A stretch of DNA of 60,769 nt from Gemmatimonadaceae bacterium (GTDB lineage: Bacteria > Gemmatimonadota > Gemmatimonadetes > Gemmatimonadales > Gemmatimonadaceae): NCBI GenBank assembly GCA_031396245.1, contig JANNKK010000013.1:1-60769 (forward strand), read 5' to 3'. Shown one piece after another: positions 21,726 to 31,721 of the stretch; position 1 is the first letter of the stretch, and every line of letters begins with the position of its first letter. The notes under the pieces were generated by a model. That model was not told the DNA's origin and did not search any database. It saw nothing but the letters and a program-made list of their open reading frames with translations. A program made the position numbers and the translations under genes.

Positions 21726-24055
21726 TACCGGAACAACCGGTTGACCTTCACGACGAACGCGCGATTCTTGAGCCCGCGCACCGCGGGCGGCGGGGCGAAC
21801 CCGTCCGGCGTCGTGTCACGCTCGTCGGTGTAGACGAGGAAGAGCTCGCTTCCCGGCGCGTACTCCCACCGATAGCGCAGGTTCGTGCTGAAGGCGCGGT
21901 CGGAAGAGCTGTACTGCAGGAGCGCGCTGGCGAACATCAGTGGCGAGAAGCCATAGTCCACGCGAAGCCGCGCGAGGCGCGTGGTGAATGATCCCGCTGA
22001 GCGCTCGATGCGACTGATCTGGAAGGTCGGCTCCACCGCGAGCTGCTGCAGGATCGCGATCCGCGCCGACGAGAACGAACTGCCCGGCCCGAACGTCAGC
22101 GTGCGGATGGTGCCGTCGTAGAACTCCCCGGCCTGCAGGCGGATCGTCCCCGAGGCGCGCCGCTGCGCACCGAAGTCGTACGCGACAGAGGCACTGGAGT
22201 AGGTGTAGCCCCCGGCCGCGATCGGAGCCGGCGACCCCGCCGGAGTGAAGGGCACGCCCAGGAAGTCGTAGTCGTGATAGAGATCGACCGAGAACCGGTC
22301 GCTGCTCGCGAACTCGGCGTCGAAGTGTCCGATCACGCCTCGCGCCTCGACGGCGCTGGTCCCGTTCTCGACGTACTCCCCTGACGCGGTCCAGGTGTAC
22401 TTGCGAACGCGCGAGACCGGCTTGGAAGGCCGCGGGCTGAATCGTAGCTGGCCGAAGGAGCGCTTGACGTCGGCGCGGCGACGGAAGCCGACCTGCGGAT
22501 CGAAGTTCGCCTCCACCGCGAGGTACTCAGCCTGCGCGCCGTACCGGTCCGCGCTGTAGTCCACGCGGGCCTGATAGCTCTGGTCGTCGCCGCTCACGCC
22601 GGTGGTGGAGGTGCGGGCCCAGTACGTGCCCGCAGTGACGCTCTGCGAGAGGAGGAAGGCCCCATCGACGCCGTAGGCGACGTTCGATCCGATGCCCGAC
22701 GCCGCCACCGATCGGTTCGTCGCCATCAGACCGACCGAGCTGCGCCGCAAGACGTCGCGCTTGACCCGCAGCACCGTGAAGTTCGTGGCATCGGTATTCG
22801 ACGCGGCGTCATCCGCGGTCCCGATGTTCATCAGGCCGATCGCGTAGGGACCGAGCTTGCCAGTGAGGCGGCCTCCCACGTCGATCGGGATGACAGCGCC
22901 GTTGTTGAGGCCGATGCGCCGCGTGTAGAAGAGGTAGGGCGTGTCGGAACCGCCGCCGCCCAGGACCCCGCTGCCGCCCCGTGCGAAGTCGAAGATCCCG
23001 CGACCCTCGAGGAAGAAGTCGCGCTTCTCGGGGAAGAAGAGACTGAACCGCGTGAGATTCACCTGCTGCTCGTCGATCTCGACCTGCGCGAAGTCGGTGT
23101 TGATCGTGAGGTCAGTGGTGAGATTCGGCGTGACGGCGTACTTGATGTCGCCGCCGATCTCGCCGCCGAACACGTTGTCCTTCGCCGGCACACTGACGCG
23201 GTCGGTCGTCACGCGCGCGACGCCATACGGCTTGAGTTCGATGTTCTTGCCCGCTTCCGGCAGGTCGAGTCCCACGAGCGTCCCTCCCGACGAGACGCGG
23301 TTCAGGGCCTGCGGACCGGCGAGGATCCGCGGCACCGGCGTGAGATACGTCCACTCGTTCTTGTGGCGGATCGAGCGGCGGATCTGGATGCCCCACACCT
23401 GATCAGGACCAGCACGGTAACGCAGCGACTTGAAGGGGATCGCCATCTCGACAGTCCACCCGCCATCGAAGCGGCCTGTCTTCGAGGTCCAGACAGGATT
23501 CCAGTCGGTGTTCGAGCCGCCTTCGTCGACCACCGAGTAGTCGGCGCGCGCGCCGAGCGGGTTGGTGTAGAAGGCGAATCCGCTGCGCCGATCGTAGAAG
23601 GTGTCGAAGAGCACGCCGATGTGTTCGTTGTTGCGCAGGCCGCCGGTATCGCGCCTGAGTTCATTGACGACCCACTCCTCTGGCGGTGAGGCATCCCAGC
23701 AGCGGCAGGAGAGGTACATGTTCTGGTCGTCGTAGGTGATCCAGATCTCGCTGCGCTCGGTGGCCGGCTTGCCGTAGTCGGGCGCGACCTGGATCATGCC
23801 GTCGAACGGTGCCTCGCGCGTGTAGAGCGCCTCGTCGAGCACTCCGTCGAGTGTGAGCGGGGCAGCGAGCTTGATCGCGCGGACGGTGGCCTTGCCGGCG
23901 GTGTCGCGCATGATGACGGCGGGGGCTACTGGCCGCGGTGGGCCGTCGATGACGACCGCCGATTGGGCGAGTGCGGCGGTCCCGCGAAGCACAGTGAGTG
24001 CGCTCAAAAGGATCGTCGAGGTCAGTCGCATCGCACGGGTTGGGGTCAATGGCAT
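21722..24055 (-). CDS. CBM9-like/DOMON domain + DUF5916 exported (probable outer-membrane) protein, 777 aa
   Basis: Signal peptide; LDGVLDE, DTFYD, GWTVEMAIPFKSLRY, NTDFAQVEID, FFPEKRDFFLEG; aromatic C-terminus (LFRY). Confidence 0.8.
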   Translation of the reverse strand: MPLTPTRAMRLTSTILLSALTVLRGTAALAQSAVVIDGPPRPVAPAVIMRDTAGKATVRAIKLAAPLTLDGVLDEALYTREAPFDGMIQVAPDYGKPATERSEIWITYDDQNMYLSCRCWDASPPEEWVVNELRRDTGGLRNNEHIGVLFDTFYDRRSGFAFYTNPLGARADYSVVDEGGSNTDWNPVWTSKTGRFDGGWTVEMAIPFKSLRYRAGPDQVWGIQIRRSIRHKNEWTYLTPVPRILAGPQALNRVSSGGTLVGLDLPEAGKNIELKPYGVARVTTDRVSVPAKDNVFGGEIGGDIKYAVTPNLTTDLTINTDFAQVEIDEQQVNLTRFSLFFPEKRDFFLEGRGIFDFARGGSGVLGGGGSDTPYLFYTRRIGLNNGAVIPIDVGGRLTGKLGPYAIGLMNIGTADDAASNTDATNFTVLRVKRDVLRRSSVGLMATNRSVAASGIGSNVAYGVDGAFLLSQSVTAGTYWARTSTTGVSGDDQSYQARVDYSADRYGAQAEYLAVEANFDPQVGFRRRADVKRSFGQLRFSPRPSKPVSRVRKYTWTASGEYVENGTSAVEARGVIGHFDAEFASSDRFSVDLYHDYDFLGVPFTPAGSPAPIAAGGYTYSSASVAYDFGAQRRASGTIRLQAGEFYDGTIRTLTFGPGSSFSSARIAILQQLAVEPTFQISRIERSAGSFTTRLARLRVDYGFSPLMFASALLQYSSSDRAFSTNLRYRWEYAPGSELFLVYTDERDTTPDGFAPPPAVRGLKNRAFVVKVNRLFRY

Positions 24056-24135
24056 CGGCTGGGCAGGCGGTTAGGTGACACTCAATATCACCGCGGTCGC
24101 TAGCTGGACGCAGGGGGCACCCGTAGCTTCTCCGC

Positions 24136-26766
24136 GTGACGGAACCCCTCGCACGACTGGCCTCAGCGCTCGCCGACCGCTACCGCATCGAGCGCGAGCT
24201 CGGTCATGGAGGGATGGCGACGGTTTATCTCGCGCAGGACCTGAAGCACGACCGCAAGGTCGCGGTGAAGGTCCTGAAGCCCGAACTCGCCGCCGTGCTC
24301 GGCGCCGAGCGGTTCGTGGTGGAGATCAAGACCACGGCGGCGCTCCAGCATCCGCACATCCTCCCGCTCTTCGATTCGGGGACGGCAGAAGGCTTCCTCT
24401 TCTATGTGATGCCCTTCATCGAGGGCGAGACGCTCCGCGACAAGCTCAACCGCGAGACGCAGCTCGGGATCGACGAAGCGGTGAGGATCGCGACCGAGGT
24501 CGCCGATGCGCTCGACTACGCCCATCGCCACGGCGTGAACCACCGGGACATCAAGACGGAGAACATCATCCTGCACGATGGCCGACCGATGGTCGCGGAT
24601 TTCGGGATCGCGCTCGCGGTCTCGGCCGCCGCCGGCGGTCGGATGACGGAGACGGGTTTGAGTCTCGGGACGCCGCACTACATGTCGCCGGAGCAGGCGA
24701 CCGCCGAGAAGGAGATCACCGGCCGCTCCGACGTGTACTCGCTCGCGAGCGTGCTCTACGAGATGCTCACCGGCGAACCTCCCCACATGGGGAAGTCGGC
24801 GCAGCAGATCATCATGAAGATCATCGCCGACACGCCGCGCCCGGTGACGGAGCTGCGCAAGTCGGTGCCGCAGTACCTCGCCGACGCGATCGCGCAGGCG
24901 CTGGAGAAGCTGCCAGCCGATCGCTTCTCGACCGCGGCCGACTTCGCCGCGGCGATCAATGGACGCCTCGCACCGCGCTCCACCACCGCCGCTCGCAACG
25001 CGGATCGCGCGGGTACCGCGTGGCGCCGCCGCGAGACAATCATCGCCGGCGTGGCGGTCGTCGCGCTCGCCGTCGCCGGCTGGACCGTCACGAGTGGACG
25101 ATCAGGCACGAGCAGTCGCGAGCGTGTCGAGTTCGCGTTCCGGATGGGGATCGGCGTGCCCGATCGCCCGTATATCGCGATCTCGCCCGACGGCCGTCGG
25201 ATACTGGAAGTGGTCCTGGACTCCAATCCCGCAGGCATGCTGGCGGAGCGGGAGATCGGTTCGACCGCGGTGAGGATCATCCCCGGCACCGTCGGGGCAC
25301 AGGACCCCTTCTACTCGTTCGACGGCGAGTGGATCGCGTTCATCCTCGAGGGCGAGTTGCGAAAGATGCGCTCGACCGGTGGCGCGTCCACCAAACTCGC
25401 CGATACCATCTCGACCGGGGGTGGGAGTTGGTCGTCGGATGGTTCGCTGGTCTTCTCCGGACAGTACGACGGTCTCTTCCGGGGTTCGTCGAATGGAGGG
25501 CGCGCCGAGCGGCTCACGACGCTCGATACCGCGCGCCTCGAATTCGGTCACTGGTATCCGCAGCAGCTCCCCGGCGGGAAGTCCGCGATCTTCAACAGCT
25601 TCTCGACCCCGCTCTCGAAATCGCGAATCGAAGCGGTCGAGTACGCGACCGGTCGCCGCACGGTCCTCGCCGAACGTGCCGTCTACGCGCGGTACGCTCC
25701 GAGCGGGCATCTGCTCTTCATGCGCGACGGCGTGATCTTCGCGGTGGCATTCGACGCGCGGTCACTCAAGGTGACGGGGCCCGAGGTGCCGGTCGTGGAG
25801 GACGTCGCCTGGACGCCGACCGATGGGGTGGCGGGGTTCGCGGTCTCACCGACCGGGACGCTGGTGTACCTCAAGGCGAGCGATTGGAGCGTGAACCGGC
25901 GGCTGGTCTGGGTCGATCGCGCGGGGAAGGAGCGGCCGGTCTTCCCCGACTCTGGCGTCTGGGCGGAGCCGCGGCTCTCGCCCGACGGTCGGTGGATCGC
26001 GGTCACGCGGATGGAGCCGTCGCGCCAACTCTGGCTCTACGACCGCACGCGCGGTCTCCTCACGCAGCTGACGCGCGGCGAGGCCGTGACCTTCAACGGA
26101 GTGTGGACGCCCAACAGCCGAGCGCTCGTCGCGACCACCGAGACGCCGGTCTACGACCTCGTGCGCATCCCGATCGACGGCAGCGGCGTCGACACCCTAC
26201 GGAAGGGGCCGAACGACAAGTTCGCGACCGCGGTCTCCCCTGACGGACGCACGCTCATCTTCATGGAATCACTGCGCCGCGAGCGGTTGATGCTCGCGCC
26301 GATGTCCGGCGGCGACGCCAGGCCGATCGAAGTGCGCGAAACTGCGCAGCGAAACGCGACCTTCTCTCCCGATGGGCGCTGGATCGCCTACGAGGAACTC
26401 GGCGCGGACGCCGAGCCGGAGATCTATGTGCGCGCTGTCGATGGCCGTGGTGGTCGTCGCCAGATCTCCGCCGGTGGCGGAAGCGAGCCGAGATGGACGA
26501 AGGGCGGCCGCGAGATCGTCTATCGGAACCATGACGCGGTGCTCGCAGCGCCCTTCCAGCCGGGGACCGGCGAGGCGGGCACACCGGTGATGCTCTTCCG
26601 CAAGATGGACTCGGGACGACTCGGCGCGAGGCGCACGTCGGGTTACGACGTCACGCCCGATGGCTCGGAGTTCCTGATGGTGATCGCGAATGAGCGCCGT
26701 GACGCGCTGCCGACCGTCGTGGTGATCAACTGGATCGAGGAGCTCAAGGCGAAGGTGCCGCGCTGA
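24136..26766 (+). CDS. Ser/Thr protein kinase - TM - beta-propeller receptor (copy 7), 876 aa
   Basis: Hanks motifs with a variant catalytic loop (NHRDIKTENII); TM IIAGVAVVALAVAGW; preceded by TAGCTT-N6-GTG. Confidence 0.92.
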   Translation: MTEPLARLASALADRYRIERELGHGGMATVYLAQDLKHDRKVAVKVLKPELAAVLGAERFVVEIKTTAALQHPHILPLFDSGTAEGFLFYVMPFIEGETLRDKLNRETQLGIDEAVRIATEVADALDYAHRHGVNHRDIKTENIILHDGRPMVADFGIALAVSAAAGGRMTETGLSLGTPHYMSPEQATAEKEITGRSDVYSLASVLYEMLTGEPPHMGKSAQQIIMKIIADTPRPVTELRKSVPQYLADAIAQALEKLPADRFSTAADFAAAINGRLAPRSTTAARNADRAGTAWRRRETIIAGVAVVALAVAGWTVTSGRSGTSSRERVEFAFRMGIGVPDRPYIAISPDGRRILEVVLDSNPAGMLAEREIGSTAVRIIPGTVGAQDPFYSFDGEWIAFILEGELRKMRSTGGASTKLADTISTGGGSWSSDGSLVFSGQYDGLFRGSSNGGRAERLTTLDTARLEFGHWYPQQLPGGKSAIFNSFSTPLSKSRIEAVEYATGRRTVLAERAVYARYAPSGHLLFMRDGVIFAVAFDARSLKVTGPEVPVVEDVAWTPTDGVAGFAVSPTGTLVYLKASDWSVNRRLVWVDRAGKERPVFPDSGVWAEPRLSPDGRWIAVTRMEPSRQLWLYDRTRGLLTQLTRGEAVTFNGVWTPNSRALVATTETPVYDLVRIPIDGSGVDTLRKGPNDKFATAVSPDGRTLIFMESLRRERLMLAPMSGGDARPIEVRETAQRNATFSPDGRWIAYEELGADAEPEIYVRAVDGRGGRRQISAGGGSEPRWTKGGREIVYRNHDAVLAAPFQPGTGEAGTPVMLFRKMDSGRLGARRTSGYDVTPDGSEFLMVIANERRDALPTVVVINWIEELKAKVPR

Positions 26767-26771
26767 GAGGG

Positions 26772-27830
26772 CTACGGCGCTCGGCTGAGCGCCGGCTGCA
26801 GCAGCTCAGCCACCTCGTGCGCGATGCGACCCTGATCGGTCTCGGCGAGGTTCGCGAGGACGATCACCGTCAGCTTGTCGTCCGTGTAGCGGGAGACTTG
26901 CGCCTTGAATCCCTGCCACGAGCCGCCGTGCTCGATCAGGCGGTGGCCGTTCACCAGTGCGACGCGCCAGCCGAAGCCGTATTCCGTCGTACTTCCATTG
27001 TTGAGCCGTACCGGCGTCCACATCCGGTCGAGACTCGCCTTCGTGAGCAAGCGCTCGCCGTAGAGCGCCGCGTCCCACTTCGCCAAGTCGAGTACCGTGA
27101 GATAGAGCGCGCCATCGGCGGTGGTGTTGAGCGTCGGTGAGACCCAGTCCTGGTGCTTGACCTCGCCCTTCACGAGCAGGTAGCCGTCGGCGCGATTGGG
27201 GATGATGTCCGACTCGCTGATGATCCGCGCGGTCGTCATCTCGAGCGGTCCGAAGATCCGCTCGCGCAGCAGGTCACCGTAGAACTTTCCGGTCACCCGG
27301 CGGATGATCATCCCGAGCAGGACATAACCCGGGTTGCTGTAGTTCCACTTGTCGCCGGGCGGGAAGTCCGGCGGGAGGGCGGCGATGCGGGTGTAGAGCT
27401 CCTCTTCCGTGTAGTCCCGCCGCAGGTCGATCTGGGCGTAGAGCCTGTTCGAGATGCCGGCGGTATGGGTCAGCAGGTGGCGGACCGTGATGCCGTTCCA
27501 CGCGGAGGGCGGATCCTGGAAGAAGGCGCCGATGGGGTCGTCCAGGTTGAGCCGCTTCTCCTCGACGAGCATCATCACGAGCGTCGCCGTGAACTGCTTG
27601 CCGACCGACCCTGACTGGAAGATGGTGGCGGGAGTGACCGCGACCTGATGTTCGACGTTTGCGAGCCCGTAGCCCTGCGCCTTGACGATCACGCCGTTCC
27701 TCGCGATCGCGAGCGCGAGGCCCGGGATCTGTTGCTTCGCCATCTCGGAGCGGATGTACTCGTCGACCTTGTCCGCTTGTGCCAGGGCGGACGAGCTGCA
27801 GAGCAGGAGCGCGAGGGCGACGCGTCTCAT
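26772..27830 (-). CDS. Exported serine hydrolase, class C beta-lactamase/D-Ala-D-Ala peptidase family, 352 aa
   Basis: Signal peptide; SVGK (SxxK), LLTHTAG, YSN, HGG. Confidence 0.88.
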   Translation of the reverse strand: MRRVALALLLCSSSALAQADKVDEYIRSEMAKQQIPGLALAIARNGVIVKAQGYGLANVEHQVAVTPATIFQSGSVGKQFTATLVMMLVEEKRLNLDDPIGAFFQDPPSAWNGITVRHLLTHTAGISNRLYAQIDLRRDYTEEELYTRIAALPPDFPPGDKWNYSNPGYVLLGMIIRRVTGKFYGDLLRERIFGPLEMTTARIISESDIIPNRADGYLLVKGEVKHQDWVSPTLNTTADGALYLTVLDLAKWDAALYGERLLTKASLDRMWTPVRLNNGSTTEYGFGWRVALVNGHRLIEHGGSWQGFKAQVSRYTDDKLTVIVLANLAETDQGRIAHEVAELLQPALSRAP

Positions 27831-29344
27831 CGGTCCTGCCGCTTGAGCACGCGTCCAGCGCGACTGGCGACCGGCGCGCCGTTCTGCCAGACAGTCCGGC
27901 CATTCACCCAGACGCGGGCGATGCCGGTGGAGACGAGGTGCGGTTCGGCCGGTGTCGCGCGGTCGATGACGGTCGCGGGGTCGAAGAGCACGAGGTCGGC
28001 GAACTGGCCGGGCGCGACCCTGCCGCGGCGCGCGAGTCCCACGTGCTTCGCTGAGAGCGCCGTCATCTTATGAATGGCGAGTTCGAGTGGCATGACCTTC
28101 TCGTCGCGCACGTACTTGCCGAGCACGCGTGGGAAGGCGCCGAATCCCCGCGGATGTGCGCCGTTGAGTGAGCCGTCGGAACAGATGTTCGTGTGCTCCC
28201 ACGCCATCAGCTTCGCGATGTCGGCCTCGTCCATGCTCGTCGCGACCACGGTCTCACCGCTCTCGCCCGGGTGCGCCTTCTCCCACGCGAGCGACTCGCG
28301 GATCAGTCCCATCAGCGCGCTCGCCGGATCCTCGCGGCGCAGCTTCGAGATCTCGAGGACCGTCTTCCCCTTGTAGGCGGGGTTCGCTTCGAACTCGCCG
28401 ATCAATAGACCTTCCGGCCGCGCGATCTCGCGAAGGACGAGATTCGCCTCGGCCCGATTCGCGAAGTCGCGCTTCGGGAAGAGCACAGTGAGCGTGGACT
28501 GCCAGTACGTGTACGGGTAGATGTCGGCGGTGATGTCCACGCCGCTCGCACGCGCCGCGTCCATCAGGGCGATGAGCGAGTCGCCGCGACCCCAGAGCGA
28601 GACCATCGCGAGCTTGATGTGGCTCACCTGCACGGGGAGCTTCGCCTCGCGTCCGATCGAGATGATCTCATCGATCGCGTCCCAGAACCAGCGGTCCTCA
28701 CTCCGGATGTGGCTGATGTAGCGCCCCCCCGCGCTCGCCGCGACCTTCGCCAGTGCCAACACCTCGGCGCGGTCGGAGTAGATGCCGGGGTCGTACTCGA
28801 GACCGGTGGATAGGCCGAGAGCGCCCGCGTCGAGCTCGCGCTTGAGGATCGCCGCCATCGAATCCACTTCGGCGCGCGTCGCCTTGCGCTTGAAGTCATC
28901 GCCCATCACGGCCTCGCGGATGCTGCCGTGACCGGCGTAGTAGGCAACGTTGATCGCGTGGCCGGCCTTCGTGAGCGTGTCGATCGCTCTCGCGAGGGGG
29001 AGGGGATGACTGCCATCGTTGCCGGCGACGATCGTGGTGATCCCCTGGCTCACCGCGCCGAGTGCGTTGGGAGTGCGGAGCAGTCCGCCGGCGTGATGAC
29101 TGTGGGTGTCGATGAATCCCGGGGCGAGCACGAGGCCGCCGCCGTCGATCACGGAGTCCCCGCGCGCGGGGCGCACGGCGCCAACGGCGACGATGGAGTC
29201 ACCGACGAATCGCACGGCTCCCGCCACGGCTGGCGCGCCGGTGCCGTCGATGATGCGGACGTTCGTGATCGTGGTGCCGGCCGGACCCGCGCGACACGCG
29301 ACAAAGAAGGCGAGCGCGGCGAGCAGCGTTGGCGAAGTACGCAT
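27827..29344 (-). CDS. N-acyl-D-amino-acid deacylase (D-aminoacylase) family amidohydrolase, probable lipoprotein, 505 aa
   Basis: Start revised to ATG 29344 (lipobox FVAC); [36 protein letters not shown]; ATGA overlap with the serine hydrolase. Confidence 0.88.
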   Translation of the reverse strand: MRTSPTLLAALAFFVACRAGPAGTTITNVRIIDGTGAPAVAGAVRFVGDSIVAVGAVRPARGDSVIDGGGLVLAPGFIDTHSHHAGGLLRTPNALGAVSQGITTIVAGNDGSHPLPLARAIDTLTKAGHAINVAYYAGHGSIREAVMGDDFKRKATRAEVDSMAAILKRELDAGALGLSTGLEYDPGIYSDRAEVLALAKVAASAGGRYISHIRSEDRWFWDAIDEIISIGREAKLPVQVSHIKLAMVSLWGRGDSLIALMDAARASGVDITADIYPYTYWQSTLTVLFPKRDFANRAEANLVLREIARPEGLLIGEFEANPAYKGKTVLEISKLRREDPASALMGLIRESLAWEKAHPGESGETVVATSMDEADIAKLMAWEHTNICSDGSLNGAHPRGFGAFPRVLGKYVRDEKVMPLELAIHKMTALSAKHVGLARRGRVAPGQFADLVLFDPATVIDRATPAEPHLVSTGIARVWVNGRTVWQNGAPVASRAGRVLKRQDR

Positions 29345-29396
29345 AAGGAAGGCGAATCTACTGCAGGGTCGCGACTGAGTGCCGCCCTCGAGGCCG

Positions 29397-29437
29397 TTGC
29401 GTGAATCGAAGCAGTATGATATAGTATTACTCGATAT
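29397..29437 (+). promoter_or_regulatory. Extended -10 promoter and AT-rich candidate operator of the second RHH-NTase operon
   Basis: TTGCGT (29397-29402), 17 nt, TATAGT (29420-29425) preceded by TG-n; short repeats AGTAT x2 and GATAT x2; ATG lies 10 nt after the -10 box. Confidence 0.6.
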
Positions 29438-29789
29438 GGCTAAGGACAGCCCCCTCGAGCGGATCAGCATGACGATCCCTGCCGACCTGCTGCGGCGTGC
29501 CGACCGGCTCGCCAAGGCGTGGGCGCGGTCCCGCAGCTGGGTCCTCGCTGAAGGCGTTCGGCGATTGTCCGAACCGCCGAGGCACACGAAGGCGAACACC
29601 CAACTCGACGGATCTCGGCGCCAGCAGCTCGAGGCCGATCTCAAGCTCAGCGCCGAGCAGCGCGTCATCGCCGCCGAGCGCACCGCCCGTGAAGTACCGA
29701 CCCGATCATTCGGCCGACTCTTCGTCACCTTTGATCGTCCCGAGGACTATCTCGAATGGAAACGGCTCGAGGCGACGGGGCAGCTCTAG
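29436..29789 (+). CDS. CopG/RHH-family DNA-binding protein, putative antitoxin, 117 aa
   Basis: Start revised to ATG 29436; RISMTIPADLLRRADRLAKAWARSRSWVLAEGV is a CopG-like RHH. Confidence 0.75.
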   Translation: MAKDSPLERISMTIPADLLRRADRLAKAWARSRSWVLAEGVRRLSEPPRHTKANTQLDGSRRQQLEADLKLSAEQRVIAAERTAREVPTRSFGRLFVTFDRPEDYLEWKRLEATGQL

Positions 29790-30253
29790 GGCCGCCCTTC
29801 CGGACTGAACTCGCGGAAGTCTGCCACCGCCTGAACGAAGCCGGGGCGCGGTATCTCGTCGTCGGCGCTCGGGCACTTCAGCTGTGGGGGAGCGCTCGCG
29901 CCACCCGCGATATCGACATCCTCATCGAACCGACCGAGGAGAACGCGGCGCGTGTGCTCGCGGCGCTCGCGCGGATCGGTTTCGGGCTGGCGGGGGAGTG
30001 GGCCGCGCGCGAGATCGCCTCGAAGTTCGTGACCATCATCGGGGATTCGCCACGAGTCGATGTGCTCACACTCGCCTGGAGTGTCCGTTATCGCGATGCG
30101 ATCCGCGACGCGCACCAGTTCGAGCTCGAAGGCGTGGGGATCCCGACGGCCTCGATCGACACCCTCATCGCATCGAAGCGCACCGGGCGACCGCAGGACG
30201 ATGCTGATATCCTTGTGCTCGAGGAGATCCAACGTATCCGGAGCCAGCCTTGA
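29756..30253 (+). CDS. Nucleotidyltransferase (DUF6036-like), putative toxin, 165 aa
   Basis: YLVVGARAL...RATRDID, LIASKRTGRPQDDAD; overlaps the RHH gene by 34 bp, so the exact start is uncertain. Confidence 0.75.
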   Translation: METARGDGAALGPPFRTELAEVCHRLNEAGARYLVVGARALQLWGSARATRDIDILIEPTEENAARVLAALARIGFGLAGEWAAREIASKFVTIIGDSPRVDVLTLAWSVRYRDAIRDAHQFELEGVGIPTASIDTLIASKRTGRPQDDADILVLEEIQRIRSQP

Positions 30254-30260
30254 CTCTCAA

Positions 30261-31721
30261 GTGATCCAGCGCGGGATCGTCCTACTCGCGGCCATGCTCG
30301 TCTCCTCGCCGGCCGCGCAGCCGACGCTCACGCTACGGCACGTCCAGCCGGCGCTCTTCGCGGCGACCGGCGCGCTCGTGAACGCGCTCGCCGACGTCGA
30401 CGGCGATGGCGACGTGGACCTCTTCGTGGGATTCAACGGCACGCCGAACCGGCTCTACCGCAACGACGGTGGGACCTTCGTCGAAGTCGCGACGGCAGCC
30501 GGCATCGCCGACGCGCGTGCGACGCGCGCTGCCGCCTTCGGTGACTATGACGCCGACGGGGACGCCGACCTGTTGATCGGCTTCGCGCCCGGACCGCAGC
30601 CGGTACTCCGACTCTACCTGAACGATCGCGGCAAGTTCACTGACGCGAGTGCCGCGGCAGGACTCCGCGTGGACAGCGGCGCGGTGCGTCAACCGGTGTG
30701 GGTCGACTTCGACGCAGATGGCGACTTGGACCTCTTCGTCGCCTTCCGTGACCGGGCGAACGCGCTCTACCGCAATGACCGTGGCCGCCTCACCGACATC
30801 GCAGCATCAGTCGGTCTCGCCGACCCGCGGCGGAGCGTCGGCGCGGTGTGGGCCGATCTGGATGCGGACGGTGACCTCGACGTCATCGTCGGCAATATGG
30901 ACGGTGACGCCAACGGGGTCTTCCGTAACGACAACGGCCGCTTCACAGACGTCGCGAAGGTGTGGGGACTCGAATGGGGTGGCCGCGCGCCGGCGGAGCG
31001 AACGAATGGCACCGTTCGTCCCTGCGTCGCCGATGTGAATGGCGACGGGCGCCTCGATATCACGACCGCGAACTATGGGCCGGCAGGCCTCTTCCTCTCG
31101 CGCGCTGATGGCGGATGGACCGACGCCGGCGCGGCGTGGGGTGTCGCCGTCGACGGGCGATACGATACCTGCGCCCTCGCCGACGTGGATCACGACGGCC
31201 GGCTCGATCTCTACTTGAACGGCACCGTCACCGGCGGTCGTAACTGGCCGGACTACCTGTATCGCGGAGGGGAGGGGCGCTTCGAGGACGTGACGCCGGA
31301 GATCCTTGCCGCGATCCCCGCCGACCACGGCGCGCAGTGGGTCGACCTCGACCGGAACGGCACCGCCGACCTCGCACTCGCGGGGCAGGGTCCGCACGCG
31401 GTCCTCGCCAACGTGCTGCCCGACTCGATCGCGCGCCGTTCGATCAGTGTCCGCGTGCTCGACCAACTCGGTCGCGCGACGCGTGCCGGGGCCGAGGTGC
31501 GCGTGTTCGAGCGCAGGACTCACCGACTGCTGGCCACGCGCCTCGTGGATGCCGGCTCGGGATACGACGCGCAGTCAGACAATCCGATCCATATCGGACT
31601 GCCGATCAGCGGTCGCGTTGACGTCGAGGTGACGTGGCCGGCAGCGGGTGAGCGCCGCGTCTCCGTTCAGCGCAACGTCCGCGTGGACGGGCGGCGCTTG
31701 GTTACCGTCAGGGCGCGCTAG
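30261..31721 (+). CDS. FG-GAP/VCBS repeat protein with C-terminal ASPIC/UnbV domain (CRTAC1-like), 486 aa
   Basis: Start revised to GTG 30261; seven DxDxDG-type repeats (DVDGDGDVDLF, DYDADGDADLL and others); GSGYDAQS..IHIGL..VTWP. Confidence 0.85.
   Translation: MIQRGIVLLAAMLVSSPAAQPTLTLRHVQPALFAATGALVNALADVDGDGDVDLFVGFNGTPNRLYRNDGGTFVEVATAAGIADARATRAAAFGDYDADGDADLLIGFAPGPQPVLRLYLNDRGKFTDASAAAGLRVDSGAVRQPVWVDFDADGDLDLFVAFRDRANALYRNDRGRLTDIAASVGLADPRRSVGAVWADLDADGDLDVIVGNMDGDANGVFRNDNGRFTDVAKVWGLEWGGRAPAERTNGTVRPCVADVNGDGRLDITTANYGPAGLFLSRADGGWTDAGAAWGVAVDGRYDTCALADVDHDGRLDLYLNGTVTGGRNWPDYLYRGGEGRFEDVTPEILAAIPADHGAQWVDLDRNGTADLALAGQGPHAVLANVLPDSIARRSISVRVLDQLGRATRAGAEVRVFERRTHRLLATRLVDAGSGYDAQSDNPIHIGLPISGRVDVEVTWPAAGERRVSVQRNVRVDGRRLVTVRAR

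Noticed and set aside
26772-27830. Calling the serine hydrolase an antibiotic-resistance beta-lactamase
   Set aside because: It has HGG in place of the KTG of AmpC, and the family includes many peptidases and esterases. Substrate cannot be assigned from sequence.
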